Shown piece by piece: positions 27,368 to 35,332 of a stretch of 41,594 bases of DNA. Position numbers and translations under genes: made by a program. Source of the DNA: Gemmatimonadota bacterium (GTDB taxonomy: Bacteria; Gemmatimonadota; Gemmatimonadetes; Longimicrobiales; RSA9); NCBI GenBank assembly GCA_040905425.1, contig JBBDRO010000003.1:21450-63043 (forward strand), read 5' to 3'. Numbering within the stretch: position 1 is the stretch's first letter; the number at the start of each line of letters is the position of its first letter. The notes beneath the pieces were generated by a model. That model saw nothing but the letters and a program-made list of their open reading frames with translations. It ran no database searches and was not told the origin of the DNA.

Positions 27368-28321
27368 GTGTCCCGATTCGAGCTCCCGACCCAGGGACGT
27401 TATCAGCAGCTGATCGCCCCGACGCCGCTGGTCGCGGTTTCGCTCGACCGCGACTCGCCCCGGGTCTGGGTCAAGCTGGAGTTCCTGAATCCGAGCGGCT
27501 CGATCAAGGACCGCATCGCGCGCTACATGATCGAGAAGGCGTGGCGGCGCGGTGAGTTGCGCCCGGGCTCCGAGGTGGTCGAGGCGTCGAGCGGCTCGAC
27601 GAGCATCTCGCTCGCGCTCGTCTGTGCGCAGTTCGGCCTGCGATTCACGGCGGTGATGCCCGAAGGCGTGAGTCGCGAGCGGCGCCTGATCCTGTCGGCA
27701 CTCGGCGCGCGTTTCGAGCTGACGCCGCGCGACGAAGGCATGCGTGAGACCCTGCGGCGGGCTGCCGCGATCGCGGAGGAGCGAGGCGCATTCGAGACAC
27801 GGCAGTTCAAGAACCCCGAGAACGCCGAGGCGCATCGCATCTGGACCGGCCAGGAGATCCTGTCGCAGCTACCGGGAGGCTCGGTCGACGCAGTCGTCAG
27901 CGGCGTCGGCACCGGTGGCACGATCGTCGGTCTCTTCGCGGCGTTCCGCGAGAACGGCTGTCCGGTGACACCGTACGCCGCGCGTCCGGTGGACGGCAGT
28001 GTGGTCTCGGAGCTCGAGTGCTGTAGCATCTCGCCGCGATTCTCCTCGCGCGTGCCCGGCGTTGTCGACTGCGTCTCGGAACTGTACACGCCGGAAGCGC
28101 TACCGGGCCTCGTGGAGCTCGACGTCAGCGACGAACTCGCGATTGAGACGACGCGGCGGCTGATCCGGCGCGGATTCCCGGTCGGCCCGAGCTCCGGCCT
28201 GAACTTCGCCGCGGCGATCAAGGTCGCGCGACAGCTCGGAGACGGCGCCGAGGTCGTCACGGTCTTTCCGGACCGGATGGAGCGCTACTTTTCGACGGAG
28301 CTCTTCGCGGGCGAGGAGTGA
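27368..28321 (+). CDS. PLP-dependent cysteine-synthase-family (fold type II) enzyme, atypical
   Basis: KLEFLNPSGSIKDR (PLP Lys), EASSGST, GVGTGGT, GPSSG, VFPD..ERY.ST; extra ECCS. Confidence 0.88.
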   Translation: MSRFELPTQGRYQQLIAPTPLVAVSLDRDSPRVWVKLEFLNPSGSIKDRIARYMIEKAWRRGELRPGSEVVEASSGSTSISLALVCAQFGLRFTAVMPEGVSRERRLILSALGARFELTPRDEGMRETLRRAAAIAEERGAFETRQFKNPENAEAHRIWTGQEILSQLPGGSVDAVVSGVGTGGTIVGLFAAFRENGCPVTPYAARPVDGSVVSELECCSISPRFSSRVPGVVDCVSELYTPEALPGLVELDVSDELAIETTRRLIRRGFPVGPSSGLNFAAAIKVARQLGDGAEVVTVFPDRMERYFSTELFAGEE

Positions 28322-28360
28322 GCAGGCTGAGGGCCGTCAGTGGCCGCCGCGGCCAATCCG

Positions 28361-28438
28361 GGCTCACCCGCAGCAGCCGCCCGGCCCCCCGGGACCACAG
28401 GCCGGACACCAGGGCGGGTCGATCCTCGTGAGGATCCG
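28361..28438 (-). repeat. Degenerate copy of the 3' end of the FmdB gene (22151-22229)
   Basis: ggctcacccgcagca.ccgcccgg.cccccgggaccacaggccg...cctcgtgaggatccg is shared; encodes ACGPGGPGGCCG*. Confidence 0.85.
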
Positions 28439-28448
28439 GGGAAACGCC

Positions 28449-28793
28449 CTACTTTCCCGCGCCCGGGGCGGTCGATAGGCCCACCACCCGCCCCATCGCT
28501 TCACGGTCCGGGTACGCCCCCGTCGCCACCTTCTCCTCGCCCCAGAGAACCACCGGCAGCGATCGGGTCCCGTTCGTACGGAGGTCGCGTCGGACCACGG
28601 GATTCTCAACAAATTCCCCAGGTTCCCGCGAGGCGCTGTAGCGCTGTACGGCCACGCCCTGCTTCTTCAGCTACTCCAGGTCCGCAGCGAAGCGGGCCAG
28701 TCTCGGATCCAACCGGGGCTCGCACACCCCTGTCGAGCAGCAGAGCGCGGGATCGTATACCTGGAGCATCTTTCCATTCACCTTCTCGGTCAT
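28449..28793 (-). pseudogene. arsD: arsD pseudogene with an in-frame TAG at the conserved Trp
   Basis: MTEK..YDPALCCSTGVCEP..ARFAADLE* (TAG 28671-28673), then same frame LKKQGVAVQRY..EPGEFVENP..SLPVVLWGEE.VA.GAYPDRE. Confidence 0.85.
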
Positions 28794-28870
28794 TGCAATC
28801 GAGTCCCTTTGGAGTCCCGGCTCAGCGCCTCGAGGCAACGCGGCCCGGCGACAGTGTGGGCGTCCCATTT

Positions 28871-28926
28871 TTATTCGTTATTTGACGAACGATGGTAACC
28901 GGGCCGACGCCCTGGCTCAAGTCGGG
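28871..28926 (-). promoter_or_regulatory. Promoter/operator cassette copy 4 (upstream of the arsD pseudogene)
   Basis: Minus strand CCCGAC-TTGAGC-17 bp-TACCAT; operator TTATTCG-N8-CGAACGA. Confidence 0.8.
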
Positions 28927-29032
28927 AACCGTCCCGCACTCCTTGGAGGGAAAAGCGCCACGGAAGTCTGGGCGGTCTCCCGATCCCCAATGAACGCGGT
29001 CGCGCGTAAATTGACGAACGGGATGGAAGCCA

Positions 29033-29356
29033 ATGAAGACGCCAAGCGAGAAAACGCTGGAAGGGTTGAAGGCCCTGGGCGACGCGCATCGGCTGCGGAT
29101 CCTCGAGGTCCTGGGGGACGGGCGCAAGTGCGTCCGTGACCTGACGGATGCGATGGGCTGCGGGCAGTCGCTGGTGTCGTTCCACCTCCGGATCCTGTTG
29201 GAGGCGGGGCTGATCGAGCTGGTTCCGGAGGGGCGAATCCACTGCTATGCCATCCGTTCGGCGGGGCTGGAGGAACTCGATGAGGAGCTGAAGGGACTCG
29301 GCGACCGAGCCGCCGCGGCGGGACCGTGCTGCGCCAGGGTGGACGCTCCGCGCTGA
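29033..29356 (+). CDS. arsR: ArsR/SmtB repressor with C-terminal vicinal Cys
   Basis: KALGD..RLRIL, KCVRDL, QSLVSFHL..L.EAGLI, GR..CY, GPCC. Confidence 0.85.
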   Translation: MKTPSEKTLEGLKALGDAHRLRILEVLGDGRKCVRDLTDAMGCGQSLVSFHLRILLEAGLIELVPEGRIHCYAIRSAGLEELDEELKGLGDRAAAAGPCCARVDAPR

Positions 29357-29376
29357 CGGTAGCGTGACTCTCTTAC

Positions 29377-29415
29377 AAAGCCCCGCCCGGGACGCGATCC
29401 CGGGCGGGGCTCTTT
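29377..29415. terminator. Bidirectional terminator between the convergent arsR and molybdoenzyme genes
   Basis: 14-bp stem AGCCCCGCCCGGGA/TCCCGGGCGGGGCT, 5-nt loop, flanked by AAA and TTT. Confidence 0.8.
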
Positions 29416-29470
29416 CGGCCGGCGGGGCCTGGTCGATCGGCGGGGCGGACGGCGCTGGTGGCTTGCCTGC

Positions 29471-32400
29471 TCAGCCGGCCACCGGTACGAGCTTCACGTG
29501 GGTGTCGTAGAAGCTGACGCTGCCGCCGACGGGGTCGATCATGCAGGTGTTCTTCAGGGCGGGGTCGACCCACATGGCGGCGTTGGCGTGGATCCCCTTT
29601 GCGCGTCGCGGCTCGCCCTGGACGGTGTGGCCGTCGATGAGCATGTCGGCGGCGCCGGTGGCCCAGTGGCCGAAGCCGAGGGGGAAGCTGATGACCCCGG
29701 GCCGGACCTGCTGCGTGATCTGGACCTTGCCGACCATGGGCTTGGTTCTGCCGTTGCCGAGCGGCCATTCTCCGGCGGTGTTCGTGGCGCTCACGACCCG
29801 GACCTCCTGCCCGTGCTCGAGGCCGAGGCGTTGCGCATCGGTCGGGTGGACCTGAATGCCGTTTTCGGGCATGAGGGCGGAGAGCCACGGGTCCGCGATG
29901 GTGCGGCTCTTGGTGTGGACGATGGTCCGGTTGGTGATCATAGCGAGCCCGTAGCCGTCACGAAGCGCGTGGGGCTCGTTGCCGTGGAAGTCCCGCACGG
30001 GCATCCAGGTGGCGAGGCCGGGATGATGCTCGCCGGTGCCGCTGTGGATCTTCGAGGCCGTCTTCTCCTGGTAGAGCGAGAGCTGGGCGGCGTGGGGGTG
30101 GGCCAGCAGGTCCCCGTCGTAACCCAGCTCGTGGTCCTCGAAGCGACCGCCACGATTGAGGGCGTACACCACCCTGGGCCACATCTCTTCGCCGACGATG
30201 CGTCGCCAGCGGTCCGGGTCGAACACGCTGGCCGGCAGGTGTCGTCGGGCACTGAGAAACAGCTCCATCTCCCGGTGGTCGGCTTCCGGGAGGTTCTGTG
30301 AGCCGTCAGGCTTCTCGCCGAACGCGATGTTGCCGACGCAGCGGAGCATGAATTCGTCCATGTGCCGCAGGTGCGTTCCGTTCCCGAAGCCTTCTTCCCC
30401 GAAACCGGGAAGCCCCATCTGTTCCGCGATGCCCAGCATCATGGTCTCGAAGCAGATCGGCTGGGTCTCGCCGAACACCGTGCACGCTTCCGGGATCGGC
30501 GCGATCACCGGCTGGCGGATCGGGTTGGACTTCCACGTCATGTTGGGATGGCTCTTCTGGAACTCCCAGCGTTCGAGGTAGGAGGTGTCGGGGAAGATGT
30601 AGTCCGCGTACATGGACGTGGGGCCCACGAGGATGTCGCTGGCCACGAAGAGGGGGACCGTCGCGAGGTCGCAGAGGATCTCGATGTTGGTATGGCCCGC
30701 CGGGAGCGCATACGTGGGGGCACCCATGTACAGGAAGAACGCCTTGATGGGATAGGGGTACGCGTCGCCCATGGAGGGGATGATCTCTTCATAGACGTCG
30801 GACGACAGCGGGTACCAGTTGCGCCGGGCGGGGTACCCCTCGAAGAGCGTGGTCTGCTCGTAGTCCACGTCGTGGCGGATGGCGCTGATCCCGAAGGCGG
30901 TGGCCTTGCCCGGCTGATCCTTGAGCTGGAACCAGCCGCCCTTCCCTTCGATGTCCCAGCTGCTGGCTTTGCACATGCCGCCCTTATGGTCGAAGTTCCC
31001 GAGCAGCATGTTGATGGTCATCCACGCCAGCACGTTGTAGAAGCCGTTGGTGTGCTGGGCGGGCCCGCGGTGGATATCCACCGCCGCCCGCTTGCCGTGG
31101 CTGGTCAGCTCCCGCGCCACGTCGATGACGTGTCGGGGCCGGACGTCGGCGATCCGGCACCATTCCTCGATGGTGTGCCGGTGGCATTCCTCCCGGAGCA
31201 GCTGGAGGCCGGTCTTGACGGCCGTGCCATCGGGCAGCGTCGTGTCCGCGTACAGGTCGCCGTGCACGGGGCGGGTGGCGTCGTTGGGGTCGAAGGCCAC
31301 GGGGCGGCCGTCGACCATCACCACGAGCTCGTTGCCGTAGGCGAGGCCGACGTCGCGGGCCCGGACGAACCCGCCGGGCCGGCCTTCGGTGACATCCACG
31401 AGCCACGTGGCGTTGACCCAGCTCGGATCTCCGTTGGCGTTGGCGGCGGCCCTGTTCGCGCACGAGACGAAGTCCCGGTCGAATCGGTCGTTGTCCAGCA
31501 TCCACCGGATCATGGCCATGGCCAGCGCGGTGTCGGTGCCCGGCTTCAGGGGCAGCCAGCGCCAGGACTTGCTGGCCAGCTTGCTGAAGCGCGGATCGGC
31601 GCACGCCACCTTCACCCTCCCCGACACCAGGTTGTTGGTCAGGCGCGGGGACCGGTTGGGCGGACCGTAGTTGGCTTCGAACAGGTTGGCGCCCACGAAC
31701 AGGATGAAGCGGCTGTTCTCCGTGTCGGCCTGCCAGTAGAACTTGCTGCCGCCACCGAATTCGCCCGTGGCGGTGTCGTACTGCTCGCTGATGGCCTTGC
31801 ACGTGAAGTAGAGCGAGCCCTGGCAGACGGTGGTGTGGCCGTGCAGGTTGACCGAACCGAGGCCCGCTGCGAAGCGCTTGTAGAACTCGCTGCGCCCGGC
31901 CTTCAGTCGGCCGTAGGCCATGAGGATCTGGTTGTTCTTCGGACCCAGGTCGGGGTGGTCCGGGTCGATCAGGACGTCGAGGTGGTCCGCGTGCCGGCGC
32001 TTGAACGCCTCCACCAGCGCCTGCTTCCGGGCCCGGTCTTCCTCCGCCAGGATCCCGTCCACGTCCGCGGCCATCTCCTTCGCCACGGCCGGGTCCCGTA
32101 GCGCCATGATCTGGTCGAGACCCTCCACCACGCGATCTTCCTCGCCGGGCGCGTCCGCGAAGAGGCGACCCCCCTCGCAGATCTCACGGACCGCCTGCTC
32201 GAACGGCATGGAGACCCAGCGGTTCTCGCCCCGCCGGCCGGCCCGCTTGAGGACCCGGCGCAGCCGGTAGGGATCATAGGCCGTCTGCAGGCCGGCCTGG
32301 CCCTTGGGGCAGATGGCCCCGTCCACGGCCACGGCGTCGTCGAGCGGTACGGCCTCACGCAGGTGAGGCACCAGGGTCCAGGGGCTGTAGGGGTTCCCAT

Positions 32401-32674
32401 CGATCTTGGTGAGGACCCCGTCCTGGATCTTGCACTTGATCCCGCAGCCGGTGTTGCACTGGAGGCAGGTCGAGTGGATCACGTTGCCCGGATCGGCCAG
32501 GTCGTACGGCGCATCGGGCCGATCGCTGCGCAGCACGGCCCCGTGCCGCCGGGCCACGGCGCCCGACGCCGTTCCGGGTAGGACGAGGCTGCTGCCGAGG
32601 AGCGCGCCTCCGGCGAGGAACTCCCGGCGAGACTGGCGCTTCGGGTTCGGCGTGGATCCGGACTGCGGGCTCAT
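29471..32674 (-). CDS. Tat-exported DMSO-reductase-family molybdopterin oxidoreductase catalytic subunit, TtrA/SrdA-like (1067 aa)
   Basis: Tat SRREFL; CLQCNTGC...GAICPKG [4Fe-4S]; GNPYSP; HGHTTVCQ (putative Mo ligand); YADYIFPD..YLE.W; GFGHW; true start ATG 32674 overlaps the upstream TGA. Confidence 0.88.
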   Translation of the reverse strand: MSPQSGSTPNPKRQSRREFLAGGALLGSSLVLPGTASGAVARRHGAVLRSDRPDAPYDLADPGNVIHSTCLQCNTGCGIKCKIQDGVLTKIDGNPYSPWTLVPHLREAVPLDDAVAVDGAICPKGQAGLQTAYDPYRLRRVLKRAGRRGENRWVSMPFEQAVREICEGGRLFADAPGEEDRVVEGLDQIMALRDPAVAKEMAADVDGILAEEDRARKQALVEAFKRRHADHLDVLIDPDHPDLGPKNNQILMAYGRLKAGRSEFYKRFAAGLGSVNLHGHTTVCQGSLYFTCKAISEQYDTATGEFGGGSKFYWQADTENSRFILFVGANLFEANYGPPNRSPRLTNNLVSGRVKVACADPRFSKLASKSWRWLPLKPGTDTALAMAMIRWMLDNDRFDRDFVSCANRAAANANGDPSWVNATWLVDVTEGRPGGFVRARDVGLAYGNELVVMVDGRPVAFDPNDATRPVHGDLYADTTLPDGTAVKTGLQLLREECHRHTIEEWCRIADVRPRHVIDVARELTSHGKRAAVDIHRGPAQHTNGFYNVLAWMTINMLLGNFDHKGGMCKASSWDIEGKGGWFQLKDQPGKATAFGISAIRHDVDYEQTTLFEGYPARRNWYPLSSDVYEEIIPSMGDAYPYPIKAFFLYMGAPTYALPAGHTNIEILCDLATVPLFVASDILVGPTSMYADYIFPDTSYLERWEFQKSHPNMTWKSNPIRQPVIAPIPEACTVFGETQPICFETMMLGIAEQMGLPGFGEEGFGNGTHLRHMDEFMLRCVGNIAFGEKPDGSQNLPEADHREMELFLSARRHLPASVFDPDRWRRIVGEEMWPRVVYALNRGGRFEDHELGYDGDLLAHPHAAQLSLYQEKTASKIHSGTGEHHPGLATWMPVRDFHGNEPHALRDGYGLAMITNRTIVHTKSRTIADPWLSALMPENGIQVHPTDAQRLGLEHGQEVRVVSATNTAGEWPLGNGRTKPMVGKVQITQQVRPGVISFPLGFGHWATGAADMLIDGHTVQGEPRRAKGIHANAAMWVDPALKNTCMIDPVGGSVSFYDTHVKLVPVAG

Positions 32675-33861
32675 GCGGCACCTCGGGTGTTCGTCGCGCT
32701 CCTGGTTTCGACGGCGCGGTTGATCTTCCGACCGATGTAGAACACCGCCATGCCCACGGCCAGCAGGAACAGGCCTACCAGGTACTCCATGGGCGTGGCG
32801 CGGTAGATGTAGCGGAGGCGTTCGTGGGAGAAGGCTTCCTGCAGGCCCTGGATCTCCGCCACGGCCTGGCCCGGGATCAGCACGTTGAGACGGGCGCTCA
32901 CGAACGTGATGGCCACGAGCAGCGCCCCCGCGGCCCAGAGTCGGGGCCGTCGGGAAGCCAGCAGGATGAGTGACACCACCCCACCGATGGCCAGGTGCAC
33001 GATCCAGAAGACCCACCAGTACGGCCCCCAGAGCACCAGTTCCACGGCCGGGGCATCGCTGATGGGGTTCCACAGGGCGATGGAGAACTCAGCGAACTCG
33101 AACACGAAGTACACGCACAACCCGACGATGGTGATGAGCCGGAGCCGCCGGACGGCCGCCTCGTGCTCCTCGGCGCTCTCGTCCGCCCGGGTCAACATCC
33201 GGACCAGCAGGAGGGTGGCCGCGCCCGCGGTGATGGCGGACGTCAGGAACACCATGGGGAGCAGGGCGCTGTGCCAGTATGCCTTTGCATCCACCACGCC
33301 GAAGAACGCGCCGCTCTGACTCGGGAACAGGACGGAGAACACCAGCGCGAGGAACAGCACCGGCTTCAACCACTCCCGGTCGTCGCGGAAGCTCAGCAGC
33401 CAGGCGACGACGGCGCAGAGGGTGAAGATGTTATACATCCACGCGTTGAACGCCATCATGCTGGTGAACGCCGGCGACGTGAAGATGCGATGCGCTCGCT
33501 CCATGTGGCCCAGATCGAGCCAGACGCCCATGAACGCAGGGATGATGGCGGCAACGCTCAGCACGATGACCGTCCGGAGCGCGCGTCGGCTCCGGAACCC
33601 CGGCAGGTCCAGGATGTACCCGCCGGCCCCGAGCACGAACGCCCCGCCGGCAATCCCCACGCCGTGGAAGTAGAGAGCCACCCACAACCCCCAGGGCACG
33701 TAGGAGCCGTATCCGGCGGGCAGGTGACCCTGCGTAAACCGCAGGTAGACGCCGATCGCGCCCAGGATGAACAGGCCGATCCACAGCGCCCATAGACCCG
33801 TTCGAACGCCGCGTCCCTGTATGCTCCAGCTACCTGGAGCAGGTGTCGTCATTGTGGTCAT
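32671..33861 (-). CDS. NrfD/PsrC/TtrC-family membrane anchor
   Basis: VPWGLWVALY, DLGHMER, TSMM, YWHSALLP..FL.SA; multiple TM helices. Confidence 0.9.
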   Translation of the reverse strand: MTTMTTPAPGSWSIQGRGVRTGLWALWIGLFILGAIGVYLRFTQGHLPAGYGSYVPWGLWVALYFHGVGIAGGAFVLGAGGYILDLPGFRSRRALRTVIVLSVAAIIPAFMGVWLDLGHMERAHRIFTSPAFTSMMAFNAWMYNIFTLCAVVAWLLSFRDDREWLKPVLFLALVFSVLFPSQSGAFFGVVDAKAYWHSALLPMVFLTSAITAGAATLLLVRMLTRADESAEEHEAAVRRLRLITIVGLCVYFVFEFAEFSIALWNPISDAPAVELVLWGPYWWVFWIVHLAIGGVVSLILLASRRPRLWAAGALLVAITFVSARLNVLIPGQAVAEIQGLQEAFSHERLRYIYRATPMEYLVGLFLLAVGMAVFYIGRKINRAVETRSATNTRGAA

Positions 33862-33915
33862 GGTTCAAAGCTCGGCCGCGTCGGTCGCCTCGATCCGTCG
33901 CCTCGACCAGTCGAA

Positions 33916-34824
33916 TCAGTCAATGTAGAACACGCGCGGGCGCGTGCCGTGGTGTGGGAGCAGCGTGTGCACGTTCTCCCGTGCGATCAGCTCGGTGACC
34001 AGCGCGTCCGGATCGCTCTGATCGCCGAAATACGTGGCCCTGCCGATGCACGTGGTGGTGCACATGGGCAGCTGACCCACCTCCAGTCGGTGCAGGCAGA
34101 AATGACACTTCCGGGCATTGCCCACGGGCGACTGGTGGTGATCCCGGTCCCAGTGCTTGGCGTACTCGTGGCTCGGGCGTTCCTCCCAGACCGACGCGCC
34201 CTCACCCAGCGTGGCCGGACTGTCCGCATTCTGCCCGCCGTCCGCATCCGTGTAGTAGAGACCGAAATCACTGGTCCGCGCTCCGTACGGGCAGGCTGTC
34301 AGGCAGTACCGACACCCGATGCACTGGTCGTAGTCGATGACCACGATGCCGTCCGGCCGCTTCCATGTGGCCTTGACGGGGCAGACGGGGATACACGGCG
34401 GCGCGTCGCACTGCATGCACGGGCGTGGCGTGAACCGGATGTTGATGTTCGGGAACTCCCCTGACTCCTCCGTCACGACCGGGCGATACACCACGCCGGG
34501 CGGCAGCTTGTTCTCCGCCACGCACGCGATGGTGCAGGCGTGGCAGCCCACACACTTGCGACGGTCGAGGACCATCACCCACCGGCGCTCCTCCACCGGC
34601 TTGGCCATCGCCCGTTTCAGATCCCGCTGCATCCGAAGCAGCAGGTCCTCGCCCTGCTCCTCGGGGATGTTGTTGAGGACCGGGAGCCGTCGGACGGTGT
34701 CGGGCCCGGTGGGGTCCGCCGGTGGCGGCGCCAGCCGGTCCTTCACCACCACGGCCCCCGCCCCGGCCACCCCCAGGCCCGCCAACGCTCCAGCCCTGGC
34801 GAACTCCCTGCGACTCATGCCCAT
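33916..34824 (-). CDS. 4x[4Fe-4S] electron-transfer subunit (TtrB/NrfC-like) with a Tat signal
   Basis: MSRREF; [41 protein letters not shown]...CTTTC; ATG 34824 with GGAG RBS. Confidence 0.92.
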   Translation of the reverse strand: MGMSRREFARAGALAGLGVAGAGAVVVKDRLAPPPADPTGPDTVRRLPVLNNIPEEQGEDLLLRMQRDLKRAMAKPVEERRWVMVLDRRKCVGCHACTIACVAENKLPPGVVYRPVVTEESGEFPNINIRFTPRPCMQCDAPPCIPVCPVKATWKRPDGIVVIDYDQCIGCRYCLTACPYGARTSDFGLYYTDADGGQNADSPATLGEGASVWEERPSHEYAKHWDRDHHQSPVGNARKCHFCLHRLEVGQLPMCTTTCIGRATYFGDQSDPDALVTELIARENVHTLLPHHGTRPRVFYID

Positions 34825-34897
34825 GGCTCGGTCTCCATACCTTCTGTCCTCGTCCGCCGGCAATGCCCGCGCGCTTCGCCCGCGACCCCTCCCGGCT

Positions 34898-35275
34898 TCA
34901 GCTCATCCCTTCCGTGGTGACGGTGCGACTCTCGCCGGCGGCCTTCAGCTCGTCCTCCACCCACAGGAACGCCGCCATCATGGCGGGCCACCCCATCGTG
35001 GGCGCCGCCAGAAGCGCGGCGTGGCGCAGCTCGTCGGGCTGGAACCCCGCCGCCAGCGCCTTGCGGGTGTGGGCGTGCACCGCACCCTCGTGGCGCATGC
35101 CGATGGCCATGCCCAGCTTCAGGAGATGGACCAGCCGGGCCTCCAGCGGGCCCGCCTCGGTGGCAGAGCGGCCGAATCGCTCGTACGCCTCCGCCATCTC
35201 CGGGTACCGGCTCGTAAGCTGCTCGAACTGCACGGGCGGCTTGACCGCCTCGACGCTCCCGGCCTTCCTCGTCAT
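34898..35275 (-). CDS. Carboxymuconolactone-decarboxylase (CMD/AhpD-like) family protein without Cys
   Basis: YPE....Y, AGPL.....L.KL..AIG...EGAVH.H.RKA...G...EL, PT.G.P; GGAGG RBS. Confidence 0.85.
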   Translation of the reverse strand: MTRKAGSVEAVKPPVQFEQLTSRYPEMAEAYERFGRSATEAGPLEARLVHLLKLGMAIGMRHEGAVHAHTRKALAAGFQPDELRHAALLAAPTMGWPAMMAAFLWVEDELKAAGESRTVTTEGMS

Positions 35276-35332
35276 CGGTCCTCCAGTGATGATGGTTGGT
35301 TGCTGGACGCGACGGCCCCGCGCCGCCGTCCG

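Noticed and set aside
28671-28673. In-frame TAG in arsD as pyrrolysine or programmed read-through
   Set aside because: It replaces a conserved Trp (TGG to TAG, one transition), neighbouring motifs have drifted, an adjacent gene is a fragment, and no pyl genes are visible. A pseudogene is the simpler explanation.
22024-28926. Recurrent ~55-bp sequence as a CRISPR array or MITE
   Set aside because: Copies are kilobases apart, always upstream of genes, and resolve into -35/-10 boxes plus an operator. There are no spacers, terminal inverted repeats or target duplications.
29471-32674. Canonical ArrA, ArxA or AioA call
   Set aside because: Length (~1070 aa), B-C-A gene order and lack of a Rieske subunit fit the Ttr/Srd type better. 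No gene symbol assigned without a phylogeny.
32675-33073. 133-aa N-terminal extension of the 1200-aa ORF in the track
   Set aside because: It overlaps the NrfD gene out of frame; the Tat signal and ATGA coupling place the start at 32674.
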